Positions 7,510 through 14,857 of a stretch of DNA of 64,000 nucleotides are shown piece after piece. Position numbers and translations under genes: made by a program. The notes under the pieces are model-generated. The model searched no databases and was not told where the DNA came from. It saw only the letters and a list, made by a program, of their open reading frames with translations. This stretch comes from Kiloniellales bacterium. Lineage in GTDB: Bacteria > Pseudomonadota > Alphaproteobacteria > Kiloniellales > JAKSDN01. The stretch lies in assembly GCA_030064845.1 (NCBI GenBank), contig JASJEC010000002.1, positions 62,781-126,780 on the forward strand, given 5' to 3'. Every line of letters begins with the position of its first letter. Position 1 is the stretch's first letter.

Positions 7510-8295
7510 CTAGCGAAGCTGGGTGACGCTCTGCATCATTTCGTCGGACGCCTGGATCACCCGGGAGTTCATCTCGTAGGCCCGTTGGGCGGTGATCAGG
7601 TCGGTGATCTCGGTGACCACGTTGACGTTCGACGCCTCGAGCAGGCCCTGCTTGACCGATCCGAAGCCGGTCGACCCGGGCGTGCCGATCGTGGCCGTAC
7701 CGGAGGCCGTCGTCTCCAGCAGCAGGTTGTCGCCGATCGCCTGCAGCCCGGCTTCGTTGGCGAAGGTGGCCAATTCGATCTGTCCGACCTGCTGGCTCGC
7801 GACCTGGCCGGAGAGCGTGACCGAGACCTGGCCGTTGTCATTGATGGTGACCGAGGTGGCGTCGATCGGGATCGTGATGCCCGGCTGGATGGTGTAACCG
7901 TCAACCGTCACCAGATCCCCGTCGGCAGAGAGCTGGAAAGCGCCGGAGCGGGTGTAGGCGGTGTCGCCGTCGGGCAGCTCGACCTGGAAGAAGCCCTTGC
8001 CGTTGATCGCGACGTCGAAGGGATTGTCGGTAATGTTCATCGCGCCCTGCTCGCTGATCCGGTAGACCGCGGCCGGCTGCACGCCGAGCCCCAGCTGCAC
8101 GCCGGCCGGCACCACCGTGCCGGCGTCCGACGATTCCGAGCCGACCCGCCTCAGGTCCTGGTACAGCAGGTCCTGGAACTCGGAGCGTTGGCGCTTGTAG
8201 CCCGTCGTGCTCATGTTCGCGATGTTGTTGGAAATGACTTCCACGTTGAGCTGCTGTGCGAGCATGCCGGTGGCGGCGATATCGAGCGAATTCAT
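7510..8295 (-). CDS. flgG: flagellar distal rod protein FlgG
   Basis: 261 aa. N-terminus is MNSLDIAATGMLAQQLNVEVISNNIANMSTTGYKRQR. C-terminus is ITAQRAYEMNSRVIQASDEMMQ. Confidence 0.95.
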   Translation of the reverse strand: MNSLDIAATGMLAQQLNVEVISNNIANMSTTGYKRQRSEFQDLLYQDLRRVGSESSDAGTVVPAGVQLGLGVQPAAVYRISEQGAMNITDNPFDVAINGKGFFQVELPDGDTAYTRSGAFQLSADGDLVTVDGYTIQPGITIPIDATSVTINDNGQVSVTLSGQVASQQVGQIELATFANEAGLQAIGDNLLLETTASGTATIGTPGSTGFGSVKQGLLEASNVNVVTEITDLITAQRAYEMNSRVIQASDEMMQSVTQLR

Positions 8296-8316
8296 CCGCG
8301 TCTCCTCCTCGGTTCC

Positions 8317-9042
8317 TTAGGTTTGCACGGGCGCCAGAGCGCTGATCGCCCGGCGCTGGCGTTCGTGTTCCTCGTTGCTCATCCGCGCCACTGCCTGATA
8401 GCTGCGCACGGTGTCGATCATCTTGGTCATCTCGACCACGCCGACCACGTTGGAGCCCTCGAGGGTGCCCTGCTGGATGACCGAATCCTCGTCGGGCTCG
8501 GCGACCTGCCCGCCGGCGCCGAAGAGCCCGTTCTCCTGACGGGTCAGGGCCTGCTGGTTCTCGAAGCGGACCAGCTGTATGCGCCCTAGCTCGCCCTCAT
8601 CGGTCGAGACCGTGCCGTCGTCCGCGACGACGATCTCCGTCGTGTCGTCGGGAATGGTCAGGGGCGTTCCTGCATCGCTCAGCAGGGGATAGCCGTTCGA
8701 GTTGACGATCTCTCTGTCCGGCGACAAGGCGAAGTGGCCGGCCCGCGTGTAGCGTTCGCCTTCGGGCGTCTCGACCGCGAAGTAGCCGTCGCCGCGGATC
8801 GACAGGTCCAGCTCGTTGCCGGTGGCCTTGACCGGCCCCGGGCGCAGATCCTGCACGGTCGCGATATCCTGAACAAAACTGACCTTCTCCCGGGGCAGGG
8901 TGCGTTCCAGGTATTCGACGAAGACCATGGATTCGGCCTTGAAGCCGGGCGTGTTCAAGTTGGCGAGGTTATGCGCCACCGCCTCCATCTGGCGCCTCAG
9001 CACCATCTGACGGGACAGGGCGACGTAGCCGGGATTCTCCAT
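8317..9042 (-). CDS. flgF: flagellar proximal rod protein FlgF
   Basis: Start chosen at ATG 9042 (MENPGYVALSRQMVLRRQMEAVAHNLANLNTPGFKAE) with GAGAAAGAG upstream. The ORF-track start at 9069 would add only 9 residues. Confidence 0.9.
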   Translation of the reverse strand: MENPGYVALSRQMVLRRQMEAVAHNLANLNTPGFKAESMVFVEYLERTLPREKVSFVQDIATVQDLRPGPVKATGNELDLSIRGDGYFAVETPEGERYTRAGHFALSPDREIVNSNGYPLLSDAGTPLTIPDDTTEIVVADDGTVSTDEGELGRIQLVRFENQQALTRQENGLFGAGGQVAEPDEDSVIQQGTLEGSNVVGVVEMTKMIDTVRSYQAVARMSNEEHERQRRAISALAPVQT

Positions 9043-9105
9043 CTCTTTCTCTCTGCGCCTCTTTCTCATTCGGGCGACGGCAATTCACCGCATGGCCCTC
9101 GCCTT

Positions 9106-9121
9106 TGCAGGTCTCGTGCCA
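9106..9121 (-). promoter_or_regulatory. candidate sigma54 (-24/-12) promoter of the flgFGAH operon
   Basis: The minus strand reads TGGCACGAGACCTGCA. Against TGGCAC-N5-TTGCA it has one mismatch, and the spacing is correct. It lies 64-79 nt upstream of the flgF ATG. Confidence 0.55.
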
Positions 9122-9138
9122 GAGGAAGAGGTTGCAGA

Positions 9139-9151
9139 AATCAGGGGGTTG
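9139..9151. promoter_or_regulatory. candidate IHF site (one mismatch)
   Basis: AATCAGGGGGTTG against WATCAANNNNTTR. It lies between the sigma54 promoter and the dyad at 9195. Confidence 0.25.
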
Positions 9152-9194
9152 GCAACGGTCAGCGGGGTGCCCAGAGGGCTTCGGGCAGTGCTTG

Positions 9195-9213
9195 CCCGGC
9201 AGGTCTTGCCGGG
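9195..9213. promoter_or_regulatory. candidate enhancer dyad in the flgF/fliL divergent region
   Basis: Perfect dyad CCCGGCA-GGTCT-TGCCGGG, 74-92 nt upstream of the flgF -24 element. It shares the 11-nt run GTCTTGCCGGG with the flgI upstream dyad. Confidence 0.45.
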
Positions 9214-9248
9214 CCGGCGCGGCCAATCGCCGCCGCGACGCCGAATGC

Positions 9249-9264
9249 TAAACGGGTTCTTAAC
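9249..9264 (+). promoter_or_regulatory. candidate CtrA-like box upstream of fliL
   Basis: TAAACGGGTTCTTAAC has one mismatch to TTAA-N7-TTAAC. It lies 57-72 nt upstream of the fliL GTG. Its layout resembles the fliX site (GCTAA...TTAAC). Confidence 0.25.
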
Positions 9265-9320
9265 TTGCGCCCGTTACTTTCCCCTTACTAGCGGATTAGT
9301 CTAGACGGAACATCGCTCTC

Positions 9321-9866
9321 GTGGCCGATCAAACGAGTACGACGGATATCGGAGACGGTCTCGAAGTCGAGGCCAAGCCGAAGGGTGGCATCAGCGGGAA
9401 GGTCCTGATCCTCTTAGGCATCCTGCCCAACCTGCTGCTCGTCGGCGGGGTCGCGGGCGCCTACTTCTCCGGCCTGCTCGATCCCCTGCTGAAGCCGGAG
9501 ACGGCGGTCGAGCAGGTGGCCGAGGCGGAAACCTCGACGCCCCCCGAGCTCGTCGGCAACGATTCCTACTTCTACAAGCTGCCCGACCTCCTGGTGAATC
9601 TGAACGTGGGCGGTCGCAAGTCGGCCTACCTCAAGCTGTCGGTCAGTCTGGAGCTGCCCGACGACAGCCACATCGACCATCTCGACCGGGTGCGGCCCCG
9701 GATCATCGACAGTTTCCAGGTCTACCTGCGGGAGCTGCGCGTCGAGGACCTCAGCGGCTCCGCCGGCATACAGCGCCTCCGCGAGGAGCTGCTCTACCGA
9801 GTCAACGCGGCGGCGCGCCCGGCCGTGGTGCGCGACGTGCTGTTCAAGGAAATGCTGATCCAGTGA
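9321..9866 (+). CDS. fliL: flagellar basal-body-associated protein FliL
   Basis: 181 aa with a GTG start and one TM segment. YFYKLPDLLVNLNVGGRKSAYLKLSVSLELPD...VLFKEMLIQ is the FliL pattern. Confidence 0.9.
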   Translation: MADQTSTTDIGDGLEVEAKPKGGISGKVLILLGILPNLLLVGGVAGAYFSGLLDPLLKPETAVEQVAEAETSTPPELVGNDSYFYKLPDLLVNLNVGGRKSAYLKLSVSLELPDDSHIDHLDRVRPRIIDSFQVYLRELRVEDLSGSAGIQRLREELLYRVNAAARPAVVRDVLFKEMLIQ

Positions 9867-9920
9867 GGCGCTAGGCGCACCCACCGGACACCCCCCGCAG
9901 GTTCATCGAGTTCGGGACGC

Positions 9921-11003
9921 ATGGCGGACGAAGACAACAGTCAGGGAGCGGAGACCGACGAGGCCGCTGTCTTGGCCGAATGGGAGGCCATGACGGAGGG
10001 GGAGGGCGACGAGACGGCCATGACCGGCTCGTCCAACCGCGTGCTCGACCAGTCCGAGATCGACAGCCTGCTCGGCGTGGACACCGGCGCCGGCGGCGAC
10101 ATGGGCGATCTCTCCGGAATTCAGGCAATCATCAACTCGGCGCTGGTGTCCTACGAGCGCCTGCCCATGCTCGAGGTCGTGTTCGACCGCCTGGTCAGGA
10201 TGATGTCGACCTCGCTGCGGAACTTCACCTCGGACAACGTCGAGGTCAGCCTGGAATCGATCACCTCGGCGCGCTTCGGCGATTACCTCGACCAGATCCC
10301 CCTGCCGGCAATGCTGACGGTGTTCAAGGCCGACGAGTGGGACAACTTCGGCCTGATGACCATCGACTCGTCGCTGATCTACTCCGTGGTCGACGTCCTG
10401 CTCGGCGGGCGCCGGGGCACCGCCGCCATGCGGATCGAGGGCCGGCCCTACACCACCATCGAGCGGAACCTGGTCGAGCGCATGGTGCACGTCGTGCTGG
10501 GCGATCTCTCGACCGCCTTCGACCCGCTCTCGCCGGTCACCTTCCGCTTCGAGCGCCTGGAATCCAATCCGCGCTTCGCCACCATCGCGCGGCCGGCCAA
10601 CGCTACGATCGTCGCCAGCCTGCGGGTCGACATGGAAGACCGCGGCGGCAAGATGGAACTGGTGATTCCCTACGCCACCCTGGAGCCGGTCCGCGAGCTT
10701 CTGCTGCAGATGTTCATCGGCGAGAAGTTCGGGCGGGATTCGATCTGGGAGAGCCACCTGACCATGGAGCTGTGGCAGACCGAGGTGCCGATCCAGGCCG
10801 TGCTCGACGAGTTCGAGCTAAGTCTGGGCGACGTGATGAACTGGCAGGAGGGGACCCGGATCGAGCTCAACTGCGCTCCCGACTCGCGCATCAAGCTGCG
10901 CTGCGGCGACATCTCCATGTTCGAAGGCCAGATGGGGCGAAAGGGCGTCAACATCGCTGTCCGGATCGCCAACCGGCTGGCCGCGGCAGGGATCTACGGG
11001 TGA
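9921..11003 (+). CDS. fliM: flagellar motor switch protein FliM
   Basis: 360 aa. The CheY-P binding motif LDQSEIDSLLG follows an acidic leader of about 40 aa. The remainder is colinear with FliM. Confidence 0.9.
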   Translation: MADEDNSQGAETDEAAVLAEWEAMTEGEGDETAMTGSSNRVLDQSEIDSLLGVDTGAGGDMGDLSGIQAIINSALVSYERLPMLEVVFDRLVRMMSTSLRNFTSDNVEVSLESITSARFGDYLDQIPLPAMLTVFKADEWDNFGLMTIDSSLIYSVVDVLLGGRRGTAAMRIEGRPYTTIERNLVERMVHVVLGDLSTAFDPLSPVTFRFERLESNPRFATIARPANATIVASLRVDMEDRGGKMELVIPYATLEPVRELLLQMFIGEKFGRDSIWESHLTMELWQTEVPIQAVLDEFELSLGDVMNWQEGTRIELNCAPDSRIKLRCGDISMFEGQMGRKGVNIAVRIANRLAAAGIYG

Positions 11004-11011
11004 TCGCGGTC

Positions 11012-11440
11012 ATGGACATGGGCTACGTCAGCCTCGTGCTCAATCTGCTGGTCGCGGCCCTGCTGGTCGCGACCATCGCCTATGCCTGGACCCTGAACCG
11101 CAAGCTGAACGCGCTGCGCGAGTCGAAGCGGGACATGGAGCAGTTGATCGCCCGCTTCGCGCAAGCCACGTCGCGGGCCGAGAACGGCCTGGCCGAGATC
11201 CGTCAAACCGCCGACCAGACCGGCGGCGAGCTTCGCCAGTCGATCAGCGAGGGCCGATCGATCGCGGACGACCTGGTTTTCCTGGTCGAGCGCGCGGGCA
11301 AGTTGGCCGATCGGCTGACCGTGCCGCCGGCGCGGGCCGGCGCCACGCCGGATGCCGCTGCAGAGGCGGCCGACCAGCCGATAGAGCCCGGGCTCGTGCC
11401 GCCCGACCGGCGGTCGAGCAAGCTTCACGGCCTGCGCTGA
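11012..11440 (+). CDS. small membrane-anchored coiled-coil protein of flagellar clusters (DUF6468-like, from memory)
   Basis: These are the last 142 codons of the 9980..11440 ORF, starting at ATG 11012 (MDMGYVSLVLNLLVAALLVATIAYAW...). It has one N-terminal TM segment followed by helical sequence. It sits 8 nt after fliM. Confidence 0.6.
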   Translation: MDMGYVSLVLNLLVAALLVATIAYAWTLNRKLNALRESKRDMEQLIARFAQATSRAENGLAEIRQTADQTGGELRQSISEGRSIADDLVFLVERAGKLADRLTVPPARAGATPDAAAEAADQPIEPGLVPPDRRSSKLHGLR

Positions 11441-11483
11441 TGCGCCGCGCCGCCCCTGTTCGCGCCGGCACTCGGAGGACGGC

Positions 11484-12179
11484 ATGAGACTGCGCCTGAT
11501 TCCGGTGCTGATCTTCGCCGCCGCTGTCACGCTGGCGATCAAGGTCGGCGCGATCTGGGAGGGTGTCGACGGCATCGGCGAGTTCAGCCGGGCGACGGCG
11601 GCCGATACCCGGGCGCCGGAGCCGCCGGGCGCTGTGGAGACGACGGGTGCCGCGACACCGGCGCCGAACCCGACCGAAGCCGGCAAGCCGCGAGAAGAGG
11701 ACCCGGGCCGCCCAGAGGTCGCCCGTCTGCCGACCGACGTCTTTTCACTGAGCGATGAAGAGATCGACCTGCTGCAGCGCCTGTCCGAGCGGCGGGCGGA
11801 GATCGAGCAGCAGGTCCAAGTGCTCGAGCAGCGCAGCGCCCTGCTCCAGGCCGCGGAGCAGCGGATCGATGAAAAAATCAGTGAGCTCAACACGCTGCGT
11901 GAAACCATCGAAGCCCTGCTGGTGCGCCACGACGAGCAGGAAGAGGCCCAGATGCAGAGCCTCGTCAAGATCTACGAGAGCATGAAGCCGAAGGACGCGG
12001 CGCGGATCTTCGAAGGCCTCGACATGGTCGTGCTGCTCGACGTGATCGAGCGCATGAAAGAGCGCAAGACCGCCCCGATCCTGGCTCAGATGAATCCCGA
12101 GCGCGCCAAGGAGATTACCCTCGAGCTGGCCCAGCGCCGCGACTTGCCGAAGAGGGCAGGAGCCAGCAAAGTCAACTAG
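11484..12179 (+). CDS. MotE-family flagellar motility protein (MgtE-N-like domain)
   Basis: 231 aa with a signal/TM segment, then a coiled coil. KIYESMKPKDAARIFEGLDMVVLLDVIERMKERKTAPILAQMNPERAKEIT is the MotE/MgtE_N-like signature. Confidence 0.7.
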   Translation: MRLRLIPVLIFAAAVTLAIKVGAIWEGVDGIGEFSRATAADTRAPEPPGAVETTGAATPAPNPTEAGKPREEDPGRPEVARLPTDVFSLSDEEIDLLQRLSERRAEIEQQVQVLEQRSALLQAAEQRIDEKISELNTLRETIEALLVRHDEQEEAQMQSLVKIYESMKPKDAARIFEGLDMVVLLDVIERMKERKTAPILAQMNPERAKEITLELAQRRDLPKRAGASKVN

Positions 12180-12257
12180 ATAGAATATGTTAACTGTTTA
12201 GAACTAAAACTCTTTTTTCGAAAAAGCACCCATCCCGTTCAGGTTTAGGAGCAACCG

Positions 12258-12647
12258 ATGGCCGCGGTCGATTTGAACATGCCGATTCTCATCGTGGACG
12301 ACTACAAGACCATGCTGAGGATCATCAGGAATCTCTTGAAGCAGCTCGGTTTCAACAACGTCGACGAGGCTACCGACGGGAGCGCCGCGCTGCAGAAACT
12401 GCGGGACAAGCCCTACGGCCTGGTGATTTCCGACTGGAACATGGAGCCCATGACCGGGCTCGAGTTGCTGAAAGAGGTGCGCGCCGACGGCAAGCTCAAC
12501 GGACTGCCCTTCATCATGATCACGGCCGAGAGCAAGACCGACAACGTGGTGGCGGCCAAGCAGGCGGGCGTGAGCAACTACATCGTCAAGCCGTTCAACG
12601 CCGAGACCCTCAAGTCCAAGCTCACCACGGTGGTCGGCGAGTTCTGA
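12258..12647 (+). CDS. cheY: chemotaxis response regulator CheY
   Basis: 129 aa, receiver domain only. ILIVDDYKTMLRI...VISDWNMEPMTGLELL...ITAESK...YIVKPF carries all CheY catalytic positions. Confidence 0.95.
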   Translation: MAAVDLNMPILIVDDYKTMLRIIRNLLKQLGFNNVDEATDGSAALQKLRDKPYGLVISDWNMEPMTGLELLKEVRADGKLNGLPFIMITAESKTDNVVAAKQAGVSNYIVKPFNAETLKSKLTTVVGEF

Positions 12648-12681
12648 TCTCCTTAGCCGCGCGCATCCGGAAGGCCCGCTG

Positions 12682-13347
12682 ATGACCGTCGATCCCGCAG
12701 TGAGCGACCTGCACCGTCGCGTCGAAACCCTGTTGCCCCAGGGCGATCAGATCGATCCCGGCGACATCGTCGAAGCGGTGCGCTGCGTGATGTCCTCGGT
12801 CACGGGCGACGTGGCCGCGGTCAATGTGAACTTCTACCGTGAGATACAGGCGCTCGGCCGCTTCCTGGACGAGGTGAAGGCGGAGATCGCGGCGCTGCGC
12901 CCGGACGAGATCACCGCGCAGCATTTGCCGACCGCGGCCGACGAGCTCGAGGCGATCGTCGGCTCGACCGAGAAGGCGACCAACTCGATCTTCGAGGCGG
13001 TCGAGACGATCGAGGAATTGGCTGGGGAGATGGACCCTGCGGTCGCCGGCAAGGTGACCAACGAGGTCACCAAGGTCTACGAAGCTTGCAGCTTCCAGGA
13101 CATCACCGGTCAGCGCATCAGCAAGGTGGTCAACGCCCTGCAGCATGTCGAGAACAAGGTTCGCGGTCTGCTCGAAGCCTTCGGGCACGAGGCCGAGGGC
13201 GTCCCGGCGGGACGGTCCGCAGCGGCGTCCGGGCGCGCCGACGGCAAGCCCGAGAGGCCCGACGAGCATCTGATGAGCGGGCCGGCCCTGCCGGACGAAG
13301 GGGTCAGTCAGGACGACATCGACGCGCTGCTCAACAGTATGGACTAG
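12682..13347 (+). CDS. cheZ: CheZ-family CheY-P phosphatase
   Basis: 221 aa. The active-site block is FQDITGQRISKV. The C-terminal peptide VSQDDIDALLNSMD resembles the CheY-binding tail of CheZ. It lies directly downstream of cheY. Confidence 0.8.
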   Translation: MTVDPAVSDLHRRVETLLPQGDQIDPGDIVEAVRCVMSSVTGDVAAVNVNFYREIQALGRFLDEVKAEIAALRPDEITAQHLPTAADELEAIVGSTEKATNSIFEAVETIEELAGEMDPAVAGKVTNEVTKVYEACSFQDITGQRISKVVNALQHVENKVRGLLEAFGHEAEGVPAGRSAAASGRADGKPERPDEHLMSGPALPDEGVSQDDIDALLNSMD

Positions 13348-13612
13348 GGCCTGTTGACACTCACGTCGCGCTCCTGGTCCGAGTGAAATCGGCCTGCTGT
13401 TAGGCGCGAGGAGGAAGGACATGCCGAGCATATTCGACGACAAGCAACGCGGCAGCAGGCCGATTTCGCCGGATCCCTTCGGGACGGGGCGCATTTGCGC
13501 CGGGGCGGCGTCGCGGAAGGCCTTGTGGGAGGCTACCCCACGGCGCCTCCCGCTCCTGGCCCCGGCGCAAATGCGCTCCCGCCAGGAGCGCGCCGTGAAT
13601 GTCAACAGGCCC
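13347..13612. repeat. nested-palindrome intergenic mosaic element (RIME/MITE-like or structured RNA)
   Basis: The outer 31-nt arms 13347-13377 and 13582-13612 pair with 2 mismatches. An inner hairpin pairs 13385-13399 with 13453-13467 (15 bp, perfect). A second inner hairpin pairs 13486-13506 with 13559-13579 (18 bp perfect plus extension). The element fills the whole cheZ/uspA convergent gap. Confidence 0.75.
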
Positions 13613-13621
13613 TGGCCCGGA

Positions 13622-14107
13622 TCAGGCAATGCTGTCGATCTCTTCGTCCGACAGGTTGCCCGGCACGATGGTTACCGGCACCCTGAGCTTGCCGACGAAC
13701 TTGCCGGTCAGGGCCTCGACAAGCGGGCCGGGTCCGCGCTTCTCGACGTTGGCGCCCAGGACCAGGATCGACACGGTCGGGTCCTCGTCGATCAGCTTGA
13801 GCAGCTCCTCGCGGCGCGTCCCCTCGCGGACGTGCAGGACCGGCAGCTGGCCGGTCAGCTCGTTGACCTTGGCCGCCAGGCGCTGCAGCAGCTGCTCGCC
13901 TTCGTTGCGGGCCTCCTCGCGCATAAGGTCGCCGACTGCCATCCAGTGCTGGAAATCGCTCGGCTCGACGACATAGAGCAGGGCGACCCGGCCGCCGGTG
14001 TTGCTGGCGCGCCGGCAGGCGAAGCGCAGCGCGACGGCCATCTCCTGGGTGTCGTCCACGACGACCAGAAAGATCCGGTCATGGCTCTGCGCGGCGGCGT
14101 CGGTCAT
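13622..14107 (-). CDS. universal stress protein (UspA family)
   Basis: 161 aa. RIFLVVVDDTQEMAVALRFACRRA...ILVLGAN...GPGPLVEALTGKFVGKLRVPVTIVPG is the Usp fold pattern. Confidence 0.85.
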   Translation of the reverse strand: MTDAAAQSHDRIFLVVVDDTQEMAVALRFACRRASNTGGRVALLYVVEPSDFQHWMAVGDLMREEARNEGEQLLQRLAAKVNELTGQLPVLHVREGTRREELLKLIDEDPTVSILVLGANVEKRGPGPLVEALTGKFVGKLRVPVTIVPGNLSDEEIDSIA

Positions 14108-14113
14108 GCGGCG

Positions 14114-14857
14114 TCAGGGCCTTCTAAAGGCGGCATCTGCCAACCATCCTGCCACCAGAGCGATGACGATCGCAAATATCCCGTAGAACGCGGGCCATTC
14201 GTGGGCGAAGCGGAAGATCTCCGCCTCGACGCCGACCTTGTTGACCGCCAGCGGCTGGATCTCGGCGCCGACGACCTGACCGTCGACCAGAAGATAGAAA
14301 TGGGCCTGATAGTTCCCCGTCGGCAGATTGGCGGGCAGCCCGAACCAGGTGCTGAACAGCCGGTCGCTGCGGAACACGACCTCGCCGATCTCCTCGGGGT
14401 AGAGGCCGAGCCGCTGGTGATTGCGCACCACCGCGTCCTTCCAAGCCCGCCGGATGTTCTCCGAGGCCTTGGCGCGCGGCAGCTCGAGCCGCGCGCGCAG
14501 GTGATCGACCCCGAGGACGTGGCTGCGCAGCACCTCCGGCGCCGCGATCTCCTCGAGCGGCCGCGAGCTGGCGACCGCATAGAAGGCCGGCACCTGCTCG
14601 ACCGTCATGGCGGCGGCGTTGACCCAGATGCCGAAGAACTGGTCCTTGCGGCGCATGACCACCGGGCGGGTCGGGCCGCGCAGCACGACGACCACGTCGC
14701 CGGGGCGGTTGATCGCGCCGAACGCCAGGATGTTGTCGCCGGTGAAATCCGTCGTGATCGCCACGTTGTACTTCGACAGGGCGGCCACCAGGGGCTCGAT
14801 CGCCAGCGCCTCGCCGGGGGCGATCAGGAGCGCGAGGAGGGCGAGCAGCCGTCTCAT
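14114..14857 (-). CDS. TIGR02186 / Alph_Pro_TM-family membrane protein
   Basis: 247 aa with a signal peptide and a C-terminal TM segment. It overlaps the upstream TauE-like gene by 4 nt, which is the pairing I recall as typical for this family. Confidence 0.6.
   Translation of the reverse strand: MRRLLALLALLIAPGEALAIEPLVAALSKYNVAITTDFTGDNILAFGAINRPGDVVVVLRGPTRPVVMRRKDQFFGIWVNAAAMTVEQVPAFYAVASSRPLEEIAAPEVLRSHVLGVDHLRARLELPRAKASENIRRAWKDAVVRNHQRLGLYPEEIGEVVFRSDRLFSTWFGLPANLPTGNYQAHFYLLVDGQVVGAEIQPLAVNKVGVEAEIFRFAHEWPAFYGIFAIVIALVAGWLADAAFRRP

Noticed and set aside
6301-8589. 762-aa plus-strand ORF, with similar very long ORFs at 18821-20242, 20264-22513, 38418-40373, 50755-52647, 25570-27090 and 31465-33000
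   Set aside because: All lie antisense to, or out of frame with, strongly recognisable genes (flgHAGF, glnD, typA, dnaK, maeB, pstC). Their translations are Arg/Ala/Gly/Pro-rich low-complexity strings, which is typical of stop-codon-poor alternative frames in very GC-rich DNA.
9093-9109. Plus-strand TGGCCCTCGCCTTTGCA resembling a sigma54 promoter for fliL
   Set aside because: GG and GC are separated by 11 nt rather than 10 nt. The site is more than 210 nt from the fliL start. It overlaps the better minus-strand flgF promoter and shares its TGCA.
9980-11440. 486-aa ORF overlapping fliM in another frame
   Set aside because: Only the final 142 codons (from ATG 11012, after the fliM stop) look like a real gene, with a TM helix plus a coiled coil. 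The rest is an Arg/Pro-rich alternative frame of fliM.
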